From Carcharhinus longimanus (Eukaryota), in the NCBI GenBank assembly GCA_030264375.1, contig JASCQW010000119.1, positions 43,419,116 through 43,483,115 of the forward strand: a stretch of DNA of 64,000 nt. The letters run 5' to 3'. Positions within the stretch are counted from its first letter, which is position 1; every line of letters begins with the position of its first letter. A model generated the notes under the pieces. That model was not told where the DNA came from. It was given only the letters and a program-made list of their open reading frames with translations, and searched no databases. Positions 25,625 through 38,519 of the stretch are shown in pieces. The translations under genes and the position numbers were made by a program.

Positions 25625-28600
25625 TGGAGGAGACAATGGTGCAGTGGTAAAGTCACTGGACCAGAGGCTTGGCCTAATGTCAGGGCCCGTGGGTTCAAAT
25701 CCCACCAATGCAGCTGGTGGAATTTAAATTCAAATAATTAATAAAATCAGGTATTGAAAGTTGATCTCAGTAATGGCGCCACAAAACTATGTTGTAAAAA
25801 TCCTTCTGATTCAGGAATGTCCTTTAGGGAAGAACTGGTTTGGCCAACATGTGACTCCATACCCAAGCAATGTAAGAAGCAATGACTCTTAGCTGTCCTC
25901 TAATATGGCCTAGCAAGCTGAGTTGTACCAAACTACCACTGCTGCCATTGCTTCTAGATAGCTACCTACCTAGTGATCTGTTGTCATAGGGGTCATGTTC
26001 ATAAGTCTTGTACCATTGTCGCACACCCAGCCGGTCTGCAATCACTCGTGACGATCGCTACAGAAAAGTCGAAAAGGAATAAAATGGCACCAACTACTTG
26101 ACAATGACCTAAGCACTGCCAATAACAACGACACACTGCTATGCTGACTCTGCAAAATTTTATTAACATCTGGAAGCTTATGCCAAAGTTGTGAGAACTG
26201 CTCCATAGATAGTCAAGCAAAAGCCTGGCAGTCAATGTGCAAGGCACCACCATCCCTTGGTATGACTTATCTGACTGCCAGGACAAACCCAGCAGAAATG
26301 GCAGCACATGGTATACAGCCAGAAGAAGTTGCCCTGAGGATTCTTAGCATTTACTCTGAACAAAATGAAGTCCCATGGCATCAAGTCAAACATGGGTAAG
26401 AAAATCTCCCTCTGATTACTACCTATCACCTCCTTCAGTGGCAGAATCAGTACTCCTCCATGTTCAGCACCACTGAGGAAGAACTGGGTGGGGAACTTCA
26501 AAGATCATCATGAAGGGTGGCTTGGTAGGAGCACCACTGACCATGCTGGTCAAGCATTGAAGGACATTTCTGCTAGTCTGGTAGTGAAAGAACGAAGCAA
26601 AATACCTTCTAGATGTGTCAAAAATACAAGTTGTCTTATTTTCACATTGAGGTTACCCTCCAAAGTGTTCTGTGATATCATCAGTGTGCTAAATGGGATA
26701 GATTCAGAGCAGAACTAGCAGCTCAAAACCAGACAGACATTCACAAGGTGCTGTGGACCATCAGCAGCAGCAGCCTTGTACTCAACCAGAGTCTGCAACT
26801 GCATGGCCCATCATATCCTTCCCTACCAGTACCATCAAGCCGATGAATCAACATTGGTGCAATGAAGGGTAAAGACGAGCATGCCAGGAGTAATAAGGTG
26901 CCAACCTGATAAAGCTAGTACGCAATGCTACTTGCATACCAAACAGCAGAAAGTAGAACTAAGTGAACCCACAACCAACAGATCAGATCAAAACTATACA
27001 ATTCTGCTACATCCAGTCATGAAGGTTGGTGGACAACTAAACAACTAATCGGAGAAAGCCCCACAAATATCTCCAAGTTCAAATGGTAGGGGAGCCCAGC
27101 ACATCAGCGTAAAACACAAGGCTGAGGTGTTTGCCACTATCGTCAGTCAGGAGTGCTGAATGGATGATCCACCTCAGCCTTCTTCCGAGCATCACAGATG
27201 CCACTCTTCAGCCAGCCAATTCGATTCACTCCATGTGATACCAAGAAATGGCAAAGGTATAAGATATTGCAAAAGTTATGGGCCTTAACAACATCCCAGA
27301 GATAGTACTGAAGACGTGCTCCAAAACCAGCCTTGTCCCTAACAAAGCAGTTAAGTCACAGCAGTGGCATCCGTCTGACAAAGTGAAAAATTGCCCAGGT
27401 ATGTCCTTTACACAAAAAAAGTAGACAAATTACCAATTACCATTTCATTAGTCTACTCTCGATCATTAAAAAGTGACATAAGATGTTGTCAACAGCTGCA
27501 CTTGCACAACAATATGGTGCCACAATGGTTACCACTGCTGCCTCACAGCGCCAAGGACTTGAGTTTGATTCCCGGATTGGGTCACTGTCTGTGCAGAGTC
27601 TGCACATTCTCCCCATGTCTGCGTGGGTTTCCTCTGGGTGCTCCAATTTCCTCCCACAGTCTGAAAGACATGCAGGTTAAATGCATTGGCCATGCTGAAT
27701 TCCCCCTCATGTATCCAAATGCCTGGAGCCAGAGTATGACGACTAGGGAATTTTCACAATAATTTCATTGCAGTGTTAATGTAAGCCTGCTTGTGACACT
27801 AATAATTAAACTTTAAAAAATAACCTGCTCACCGATGCTCAGTTTATGTTCCACCAGAATCACTCAGCGCCTGATCTCATTACAGCCATGGGCCAAACAC
27901 GGACAGAGCTGAACTTAAGAAGCGTACCTAGAGTGACTAGAATTTTCAACCTCCCACCCCCATCATCTCATTCCCAGGGCAATACTGCAGGAGTTCCTCA
28001 GGAAATTGTATCCTAGATCCAATTATCCTCAGCAACCTCCTCTGTCATAACATCAGAATTGCAGAAGGTTGCCGATGATTGCACAATATTCAGTACCATT
28101 CACAACTTGAGGTACTGAAGGCCATTTCCACAAGCAGCAAGACCCGGACGAGGTTCAGGCTTGTGTTGATAAGTGACAAGCAACATTTGTGTCACACAAA
28201 TGCCAGGCAAAGACCTGCTACAAGAGCAGGTCAGAGGCTAAGAATTCTGCGGCGAGTAATATACTTCCCAACTCCCCAAATCTTCCCCACCATCAACAAG
28301 GCACAAGTCAGGAGTGCAATGAAATATTCTCCACTTGCCTTGGTGAGGGTAGTTCCAACAACACGCAAGATGATCAATACCATCCCAGGGAAAATCAACT
28401 TGTTTAAATCAGAGCCCCATTCAGCAGTTTCGTCCACCGTTGGTGCTTGTGGTAGCAATGTGCACTGTATACAAAATGGATTGTGGCAACTCAAAAAAAA
28501 AAGGCTCTTTAATCAGCACCTTCCAAAACCATGATCTCCACCACACAGATGCATGGAAATACCACCATCTGCAAATTTCCCTACAGATCACACACCAGAA

Positions 28601-28795
28601 AGGAACAATGTCACCATTGCTTCACTGTCGCTGGGTCAAAATCCTGGAACTTTCTTCCTAGCACCACTGTGCATATCTGCACCAGATGAACTACAGTGAT
28701 TCAGGACAGTAGCTTACCACTGCATTCCAGAGCAATTAAGGATAGACAATAAATACTGGTCTTGGCAACCATATCCACATCCCATAAAAGAAAAA
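25625..28795 (+). mobile_element. Near full-length decayed CR1/L2-group LINE with tRNA-like 5' head (APE endonuclease + RT relics)
   Basis: A box tggtgcagtgg 25637-25647, B box ggttcaaatcc 25692-25702; EN motif VGNF..HH at 26488; RT motifs at 27430-27470 (NY..ISL.S), 27990 (GVPQ) and 28300 (KAQVRSAMKYSPLA); tail gcaattaaggatagacaataaatactgg..ccacatcccat followed by A-rich sequence. Confidence 0.8.
27515..27815 (+). mobile_element. V-SINE (second tail type) nested in the LINE
   Basis: tggttaccactgctgcctcacagcgccaaggac...gactagggaattttcacaataatttcattgcagtgttaatgtaagcctgcttgtgacactaataa; the LINE resumes at taacctgctc. Confidence 0.9.
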
Positions 28796-29459
28796 GAAAT
28801 TCACCTCATTTATTAATGAAGCAATCTAATGCATCATCCTATTTAGCTACTAATTATGCTAATTCCACAGAGAAGCAAAAATATCTTGCAGCCAATTTCA
28901 GAGATGTATTTCCAAACAAATTAAAAAATACATAGCTGAAAAAAAATACTTAGCACAACTCTATCATCAAGATTGAAAATCCTGTATCCTATTCCAATAT
29001 TTAAAGTAGCTACTGGCTTTTTAAGCTATTAAATGAAATTGCATTTTCCAAATCAACTACCAAATAGACATAACCTTGGAAGGCAGCAACACAAGGGAAA
29101 TGGATGCTATCCTTTCAACAACCAAACCCCTGGGGTATAATCTATAACATCCAATTATTTGATTGAATGTTTTAATATGCTTTTGGTAACCACCACAACA
29201 TTTGTCATAGTCTCCCATTATCTGAAGGCACAGAATATAACTGGCAAAGACCCACCCAGGTAATTAGCAGAAATCAACAAGGCTGATAGCGAACCACCTT
29301 CAAACAAATCTTTTATCAAAAAAGGATACAATAAAAAAAGGAAGTGGATAAGAGAGCACAACATATTTTCATTTTGGAGATTTGGATTCAAATCCAGCAC
29401 TATGCAGATGGAGTAACTCATTGTCCCAGGTCTCCGCTGTCAACACTAACTCGAATGTT

Positions 29460-30618
29460 GCTGTACAAAAGAGATACACTGTTGAAGCTTTTTGGCTTCC
29501 ACTCATCAGGATAGATTCACAAGAATACCAATTGTAAAGAGAATAATAATTTATACTGCATGAAAGGGAGTGTTGATTGGTTGACAAGTGAAGCCTGATT
29601 GGTAGACAAGTGAAGCCTGATTGGTAAAGGTCTTGCCATGAAAAATACACAAGGGAACATTTAACCACCAAGTTTTTATCTAAATTCAAACCAGGCAGGT
29701 GGACTGATTGGTCCAGGCATTGCCATGAGGGACAGCTGTCCCCCAAAACTTTTGTTCAAAAAGATACAACGTGTGAACATGTTCCTTTTGTACAGGACCC
29801 TGTGTGCGAATACATTTAGCTTCTAGCATGTGTAAGTGAGCCATATTGTCAGTCCGACTGATGAACTTAAATTGGTTGTCAGTGTAATTCTTAGCACAAT
29901 CAGGGTTATTTAGCAAGTGTTGTTCAATCATAGGTTGGATTTTTTAGGCATGGACTGGTTTAGCATGGTCAGTGTTTTGCCTGTCCCGAACAGCTGAAGT
30001 CTGTGCTATCTGACATGATCCATCAGTTGTTCAGATATATACCCACATACCTGGCATCACACACGCACTGAAATTCATATACCACATTGCGCATTTGTGA
30101 GATAGGCAGACCTTGGTTTGACAACAGCATCCTGCTAGGGGAGTGCACTATTTGTGTTACGATTGCATAGTAGCAGCATGAAACAGCTAATTTCACCTGT
30201 TGCTGACATTTTTGAGACACCCTACCCATTTACAGATATAGATTACATATGTTTCAAGGACAAGTGGTTGCTTTAGGGCTATTCATGAGTTTCATTTCAT
30301 TCATTTCTTTTACCTAAGAAGGATAACTATTATCCTGCAAAATGGCTTTGGTACAATATTTCAGCATCAAGCTAGCATGATGAGCAAATGGCTTGGGCCT
30401 ATTTACAAGATTGCCAATAAGGCTAATCTTGTAGTGTGCCGAACTGTAGAAATCCCATTGTATGTACTGAACAATGAAGACAGTCAGTTGTTGAGAATTT
30501 ATTAACAAGATTTCTCAACAAGGATCTTGAGGAAAAGTAGCTCATTTGATTGCTTCATTTCGAAAAAGTGAATGTGATCAGGATGGAGCCCATTAAAGTA
30601 GGAAAGTATTACATGCAG
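29460..30618 (-). mobile_element. Decayed Penelope-like element (RT thumb, GIY-YIG endonuclease, pseudo-LTR)
   Basis: NVVYEFQCVCDARYVG (GIY-YIG), IEQHLLNNPDCAKNY, HMLEAKCIRTQGPV, YKISLIGNLVNR, FEMKQSNELLFL.ILVEK; contains a 22-bp tandem repeat at ~29574-29625. Confidence 0.85.
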
Positions 30619-31049
30619 NNNNNNNNNNNNNNNNNNNNNNNNNNNNNNNNNNNNNNNNNNNNNNNNNNNNNNNNNNNNNNNNNNNNNNNNNNNNNNNNNN
30701 NNNNNNNNNNNNNNNNNNNNNNNNNNNNNNNNNNNNNNNNNNNNNNNNNNNNNNNNNNNNNNNNNNNNNNNNNNNNNNNNNNNNNNNNNNNNNNNNNNNN
30801 NNNNNNNNNNNNNNNNNNNNNNNNNNNNNNNNNNNNNNNNNNNNNNNNNNNNNNNNNNNNNNNNNNNNNNNNNNNNNNNNNNNNNNNNNNNNNNNNNNNN
30901 NNNNNNNNNNNNNNNNNNNNNNNNNNNNNNNNNNNNNNNNNNNNNNNNNNNNNNNNNNNNNNNNNNNNNNNNNNNNNNNNNNNNNNNNNNNNNNNNNNNN
31001 NNNNNNNNNNNNNNNNNNNNNNNNNNNNNNNNNNNNNNNNNNNNNNNTA

Positions 31050-31580
31050 AGGTCAAGAGAAAGATCAACTTAATGCGAGATAAAATCAAAAGTCTGATGG
31101 CAGCAAGGAAGAAACTGTTCTTGAGTCGTTTGGTACATGCCCTCAGACTTTTGTTATCTTTTTCCTGATGGAAGAAGGTGGAACAGTATATGGCCGTGGT
31201 GTATGGAGTCCTTAATTATGCTGACTGCTTTTCCGAGGCAGCAGGAAGTCGATGGGTGGGAGGCTGGTTTGAGTGCTGGATTGGGCTTCGTTCATGACCG
31301 TTTGTAGTTTTTGTGGTCTTAGATAGAGCAGGAGCCATACCAAGCTGTGATACAACCAGAAAGAATGCTTTCTATGATGCATCTGTAAAAGTTGGTGAGT
31401 CGTTGTGGGCATACCAAATTTCCTTAGTCTTTGGAGAAAGTAGAGGCATTGGTGAGCTTTCTTAACTATAGTGTTGGCATCAGGGGAACCAGGACAGATT
31501 GCTGGTGATCTGGACATCTAAAAAGCTAAAGCTTTTGACCATTCATCCCCATTGATGTAGACAGGGGCACATCTTCCACT
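31050..31580 (-). mobile_element. Rex1/Babar-type LINE RT C-terminal fragment
   Basis: IVKKAHQCLYFLQRLRKFGM...KLQTVMNEAQ is the characteristic Rex1-like KAQQRLYFLRRL motif region. Confidence 0.7.
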
Positions 31581-31584
31581 AGAA

Positions 31585-31690
31585 GGTGGGCTCATGATTA
31601 ACCTCAGCCGGTACAGGAACTGAACCTGTGCTATTGGCATTGCTCTGCATCGCTAGCTAGCTGTCCAGCCAACTGAGCTAAACAAACCAA
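31585..31690 (-). mobile_element. tRNA-derived SINE head fragment
   Basis: Minus strand tagctcagttgg (A box)...ggttcagttcc (B box)..accggctgaggtt; no complete cloverleaf. Confidence 0.55.
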
Positions 31691-31867
31691 TCCTTCTTGT
31701 AACTTTGTGGATGCACACATTTTGAATGTTTATGCAAGTATTAATTGCATATTTTTACATTTTTAATGTTACATACAATAAATACAAGATTTACTTAAGT
31801 TTTAAAGTAAATTAAGTTCAAAGTAAATCTGTCTTTATTGAAGATATTGAAATCTGTCTTCCCTCTT

Positions 31868-33105
31868 GCAGAGGTGAGGCGAGAGTGACTGCCCTTGACA
31901 TTAAGACAGCATTTGACTAAGTATGGCACTAAGGAGCCCTAACAAATGGGAATCAGGGACGGTGGGGGAAAGAGGAGGCAGACAGATTCTTTACTGATTT
32001 GAGTCATACCTGGCACAAGAAAAGATGGTTGTGGTGGTTGGAGGTCAATCTCAGCTCCAGGGCATCAATGCAGGAGGTCCTCAGGGTAGTGTCCTAGACC
32101 CAATCATCTTCAGTTGTTTCAATCATCTTCCCTCCATCATAAGATCAGAAGTGGAGACACTATACAATGTTCAGCACCATTTGTGATTCCTCAGATACTG
32201 AAGCAGTTCATGTTCAAATGCAGCAAGCCCTGGTCAATATCCAGACTTGGGCTGATACGTGGCAAGTAACATTCATCCACACACCTGGCAGGGAAATGAC
32301 CATCTCTGACTATAGATGATCTAATCATTGCTCCTAGGCTTTTGATGGTAGTATCATCACTGAATTTTCTATTAGCAATATCCATTGACCAGAAACTGAA
32401 CTGGACTAGCCATATAAATACTGTAGCTGCCAGAGCAGGTCAAAGGCTCGGAATCCTGCAGTGAATAATTCACCTCTTGACATCCCCCCCCCCCCCCCGC
32501 CCCCCAACCCCCCCCATCCCCCCCCCGCCCTGCCCCCAAAGCCCAACCACCACGTACAAGGCACAAATCAGTAATGTAATGGAATACTCTCCACTTGCCT
32601 GAATTAATGCAGCTCCCACAATATTCAAGAAGATTGATACCATCTAGTACAAAGCAACCAGCTTTATTGCTATCTCTTCGACAAACAGGCAATCCATCCA
32701 CCACTGAACAACAGTGGCAGCTGTGTACACATCTGCAAAGTGCAATGCAAGAACTCACCTAGACTCCTTAGGCAGTACCATCCAAACTCTCAACCACTAC
32801 CATTTAGAAGGACAAGAGCAGCAGATAACTGGGATCATCATCACATCCTGATGGTGAGTGACTTGCAGATGAAGTTGAGTAGAGATGGACCTTGGTGAGT
32901 TCCTGCATTGCATTTTGCCTGACTTGGATATAATCACTGTTCTTTCACCTTTGATTTCCTCCCTGACAGTGCTGTGGATATATCAACACTCCAGAGACTG
33001 CAGCAGTTCAAGAAAGCAGCTCACCCCTGCCTTCTGAAGGTCAACTAGGGATGGGCAATAAATGCTGACCTAGCCAGTGATGCCCACATCCCATAAAATG
33101 ATTGT
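31868..33105 (+). mobile_element. 5'-truncated CR1/L2-group LINE (same family as 25625-28795)
   Basis: gcccttgacattaagacagcatttgac (ALDIK.AFD), cctcagggtagtgtcctag (PQGSVL), tail actagggatgggcaataaatgctgacctagccagtgatgcccacatccc. Confidence 0.85.
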
Positions 33106-35634
33106 TTAAAAAATATGGCACTTTGCAAGAAACACACAAAAGAACTGAAGAGCATCCCATTAAAGATTAATTAGCAACAGTGGTAGGGAAAAATAATCTG
33201 GTTACTGGATAGCAGCTGACAATACATTTGCATGGCAAAACCTTGGTCATTCCTCAATTAGAGTACTGTGCCTCTTCATATTGTTGGTGATATTGAAACT
33301 TTGGAAAGGGTGCGAGGGGCAGCAGATTAATTTACAGTTGAAGCATCATAATTATCAGGGTAGGCAAAAAGACCTAGGTTTCTACATTTTAAGAGATGGT
33401 TTCATTCCCAGAGAAGAGTGAATCTTTGGAACAGGTCTCAATCATTCAGAACGTGCAGATTTTCTGAATTTCTTCAAGGGAAAGTTAGACTTGTTTCTGG
33501 CTGGAACAGAGGGCCGTGGACTCATTTCAATCGCTTCAAAAGAGTCAGAGGAACTTTCCAAATTTATTTCCCCAATTTGGCCTGGATTTTTAAAATCTGA
33601 TTTTCCACATCTTCCTGGAGGTCACAGTTTTGGGTAGGATGTGACTAATACATTGTACATGCATAAGGCTATGCAGCAACCTGGAAGATATTCTCTTTTA
33701 AAGATACCACATGTGGACCACGGAAATGGAAAGTTTTTACGCAAAACATTTAATGCTATTATGCATTCAAGTGAATAGGCTGTACTCAAAAGTTACAATG
33801 GACATTTGGTGGAGAATGACCAGAGGACCCTTTTCTGTCCAGTTTGTGTACCATACATCCAGACTCTACCCAGAATTAAACCACTATATTACAATCTGGT
33901 TACCAGCAACAAACTTAATTACCTTGCAATAAACAGTTTACTCAGTTTATTTCCTTCTAATGCAAAGGCTCCTTTCATTGTCTATAAAATAATTTAAAAA
34001 CCAATGAAATGCAATGGCTAAAATTAGTGAAGTGCAAAACATATTCCAAGTTTGCCAACGCTGGCTCTTTTTCAGAAGTTCACTACGCTTACACAAGAGT
34101 TAATAATCAGCTGCTGATTGCAGGTATTGAAGATATCTATCGATGTATCAGCTTATTCTAAATTTCTTTTGCACTGCAACGATTCATTAGTCACTTTTCA
34201 CACCGAAGCAAGGTGTTTTGAACCTACAAAAGGACATTGTGGCACAAAACAAAGATCAGTAACACAGAGGACACAATTTGTTCAACCATGGTCTTAATTA
34301 TACATAGATGTATTTAAAATAAAATTATGCTGTAATATTAATAGTTGTGTATACTCCCTAATCATATCAGCTATAAAAAACAATTTTGAACAAGTGGTTG
34401 GTTAATTTGATTGTATGTAATGCATACAAGACTACGTAACAGTTCATAAATCCACGTCATGTTTCTGCTCTCCACAATCACCCCCAACATTCACAGGAGT
34501 GTTTTCCTAGCACTGAGGTAATATTGGAATTTATGAAATGGCTGTAACCTCATGAGGAGCTTCATGAATCATGCATCAGCACTTCTGACGCAGCTTTTCT
34601 TTCATTTGCTTGCTTTGCATAAAATGCTGACTTGCACAAAAACACAGTTCTAATAGTTTTGGATATTCTTCGGTATCTTCACTTATGAGCTTAGATGGCG
34701 CGCATGCAAAATTAGCACTTCATTCGAATAAGGCTTTCATGGAGTTTCAACCTGGAATTTTTTTTTAGTCCTTCTCTTTAGCCCCATAAAATTGACTGCA
34801 AGACTGAAAATTCTTGCATCAGACCATGAATGAAACCCATATTTGAATGAATCTTACAATTCTCATGTACAACATATTCTGCCTGCAATTAATTTTGGTT
34901 ACACTAATGTCACTTTCTTTTCCAGACAGGTAAAGTGCAGTGCAACTCCATTGTCAACTTGTAATCTAATAATCAGAAGTAAAATTAGTCTCACATGAAA
35001 AACAAGCCAATGCGTAAAGTATTAGGATTTCTGAGAAGAACTTTTTATTCAACCAGTTAATGAAAAAAATACAAAATCTCCTTATAGTTTCTTCAAGGTT
35101 CCACAATTTAAAAGTAGTGGCAGCTTTGTGTAGTCTCTGAACTTAAGAAAATTTAAGCAGTGTAATTAAAAAAATTATTGTACGTGCTTTCTCCTAATAT
35201 TTAAAAATTTGCTGCCAAAGGCACACGGATATTCCACTGTTGCTATTCATCAGTTCAGTCAAATCATGGTCACAAATCTGTCTCAAAATCATTACAGCAC
35301 AGGAGATGGGCATTCAATTTGTCATGTCTGTGCTGGCTCTCAAAATGGGCAATGCACTATTTCCCTTCCTGCTCAGGTTAATAGACCTTAGCAATTAGTA
35401 AAGCAAATACTGCAGGGCCTTTAGCAGTTGCAACAAAACTATGATCACTAAAGCCACAATTTTACTTCATTCTAGTTGTGCTGGAGGCCATTGGTATTGC
35501 ACATGCCCTTTATGGTTCAAACAATATGATCAAAAGTATATGCAGATAACTGTTGTTGAGCAAAATTTTAATAAATTCCATAATAAAAATCTAAGAGATA
35601 AGAAAAAACACTAGCAAACCGATAGATAGATGTC

Positions 35635-35840
35635 AGCAGTAGGTTCTTTACTCAGAGAGTAGTAAGGGCGTGGAATGCTCTGCCTGAAACAGTAGTGGAC
35701 TCGCCAACATTAAGGGCATTTAAATGGTCATTAGATAAACATATGGATGATATTGGACTAGTGTAGGTTAGATGGGCTTTAGATTGGTTTTCACAGATCG
35801 GCGCAACATCGAAGGCCAAAGGGCCTGTACTGCTCTATAT
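35635..35840 (+). mobile_element. Young CR1 3' end
   Basis: Near-identical to 55522-55730 (tttactcagagagtagtaaggg..ggcgcaacatcg..gggcctgtac). Confidence 0.9.
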
Positions 35841-36309
35841 AGCTCTGGAGAAATAGATTAAGCCATAAATAACATCTGAGAAACTGAAGCATGACAACAA
35901 CACAGAGATGGATGCAGGTATGAAAACAACTTTTCTACAGAGTATTTGGCTGTTAAATTTAGAGAAATTAACTGCAATAAGGCTATTGTCTATTTGCAGC
36001 CTAGAACTTTAAGTTTGCAGTTAGTGCTCAATGTCTTTTTACAATTTAAAAAATAAACTGAGCAGATGACTAACATGAAAATAGAACAGGGAAAAGGTAC
36101 ATCTTAATTGAGCTGTTTAAAAATCAAACCAGAAGGAATGCTCACAGGACAGTAGGTTAGCTCACATTATCAGTGTGTGTTAGAGTAACTTAAAAAGTCA
36201 CAGTACTTCTTCGTAGTTGATCAATTAAAAAAGTATATTTCAATTTGCACCCCCTGGTTTCCACTCTTACAAACAAGAGATATTGGTGGTGGGGGTGGGG
36301 GCAGATATT

Positions 36310-36895
36310 TTTCTAAGCATTTCGTCTTGCACTTATCAGGATCATTGACAAGAATATCAAATGTAAAGGGATCGACAATTTATACCGTATGAAAGGAGTG
36401 TACTGATTGTTAGCAAATGCACTTGAATTGGCAGAGGTGTCATCATGGAGAACGCCCCTGTTGATGCCAACTGACAGTTAACTGCCAAGCATTGTGTGAA
36501 ATTTTAGTTATGGGGGATTTCAATCTGCATATTGATTGGTCGACCCATGTTGGACGTGGTGGGCTTGAGGAGGAGTTCTTGGAATGCTGCCGGGATAGTT
36601 TCCTTGAACAGTGTGTGTTGGAGCCGACGAGGGAGCGAGCTATNNNNNNNNNNNNNNNNNNNNNNNNNNNNNNNNNNNNNNNNNNNNNNNNNNNNNNNNN
36701 NNNNNNNNNNNNNNNNNNNNNNNNNNNNNNNNNNNNNNNNNNNCTATTTCTTATGTTCTTATGTTATAATTGGTCAAGGGGATTGCCCTGAAGAATGAAC
36801 TTGCAAATGGCTGTCACTTTGTTTTGCTGAAACAGACATAATGTGTGTACCCGCTCCATTTGTTTGCAGAGGAGCCCTTTGTATATGTAACAAGA
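36310..36895 (-). mobile_element. Penelope pseudo-LTR relic with an inserted plus-strand CR1 (36500-36765, gapped)
   Basis: 36315-36490 resembles 29480-29640; the CR1 EN ORF starts at 36492 and its tail ttcttatgttcttatg lies at ~36750. Confidence 0.65.
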
Positions 36896-38519
36896 AAGGG
36901 AATTGAAAATTGCAGCCAATGAACCATTACATTTATATAGTGATTTTCACAAATTTTGGACATTTCAAAATTGTTTTACAGGCAAGGTAGTAATTTGCAA
37001 TAATAGATACTGGTGAAATGTAGGAATGCTCACAAGAGATACAACCAATCTAATCAACAATATACAATTACATAGAATTTTTGAATACCACTTCAGATGG
37101 TGCGCTGACTAGTCATTTAAACAGTGAGATTGCCTATTCAAAAATAAAGTAATATTGAATTATCTATGTTTACTTATAGCTTCAGCCACTATAATGGTAG
37201 GATGACAACAAAAAATGTTAGAGATTATGCACTAAAAGCAAGTTGCAATCTGGCTTTTAGCAAACGATTTCTTGGCATATGACCTGTCAGCTTTTAATTG
37301 ATAGCCCTGTAAAGATAGATAATAAGTATTGTGTGACTGTGTTGCTGTACCAAACTAGGAATGAAAGATTTATACTTGCTGCAAAATTTAAGTGCAGCTG
37401 TGAGTGCTTTGAGAGAGATCTGGCTCTCCTTAAAATATTCAAATTCAACTTTATTTCTTTCCTTCATACAAAATAGGTCCACAAATTCATGCACATTGCA
37501 TCTATAATATAAGCTTGCTGGCATGGATGTGTGCATCTCTGGACAATTGGAAATGGAGTTCTACCATTGTACAAACTTGTGAAACAATGATTTCATGATT
37601 CCTAAAAATGAATAACTAATTGTGAATAGAAATATTTTAATGCATAATTCACTACATGTAGCATTGGTGGAATCTATTAACCAGGTTATCTTGCACCTGT
37701 GATAGGGAGACATAGCATGAAGAGGATTAACTATTCTGAATGCCATTTAGGTCTTTAAAATGTCTTCAGTTCAATAATTAAGATAGCCTGTCCCCCCTTC
37801 CCAACTACGTGGGATATGGGAGAACTCGAACAGTTGAGAAAAAAAGAACAATTAACATGTCTTTTGACCAGCTTCTGAGGATTGACCATTAAATCTGCAT
37901 TGCTGCAATAAAGTTAACTGGTTTCTTGGATAAAAAAAATTACAGCTCATGTTCATGCTGCATTTCAAAATGCCTCGTATTCACATCTCTGCTGCTTTGT
38001 AATACAATTTCACATAGGTCACAAAATTAAACAACTATAGAGAGGGTTATAGAAATCAACAGGATGCTTTGCAGCCTTATTAGTTAATGGTGGCTGGGAA
38101 AGCACATTTCAATGCTGCACACCGCATTAATCTCAGTTTGTTAGTTCAACAGTGAAAATAAAGTGTATACTTCACCAATATACTTAATTCTACAAATAGC
38201 AGTAACTCATTAATAAATTAAAATTAGTGTTCATTTTGTGCAATGAAAGGCTGTCCCCCAAAATGAATCAAAGGGGCGGGAACAGATGCAAAGTTTGCAA
38301 AACCCCAGCCTCTACTTGACACAGTAAGCCAAGATACTTGGTATTTATGTTGAAAATCTGATTAAAATGCTTTCACCATCATCACAATTAGCTTATTCCC
38401 CAATACATACATCAACACTGTCTTTCAGCTTACATAGCTTATTCAGCAGAAAACCACCATTTTGTAGCTATTTATGTTTCCTCCAATTAACTCGAACAAA
38501 CTCTTACTGAGTCTTTCCA

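Noticed and set aside
25630-25710. Possible tRNA gene (A and B boxes)
   Set aside because: No complete cloverleaf or Pol III terminator; it continues into repeat sequence, so it is a retroposon head. The same applies to the SINE heads.
29574-29625. Short direct repeats resembling a CRISPR-like array (also 6574-6615 and 62543-62576)
   Set aside because: Only 2-3 adjacent copies with no spacers and no cas genes, in a vertebrate context; simple slippage duplications.
34575-34597. Possible REST/NRSE site (tcagcacttctgacgcagc); also ttcagcacca at ~26463 and ~32170
   Set aside because: Right half-site is poor or absent; the latter two are LINE-internal sequence.
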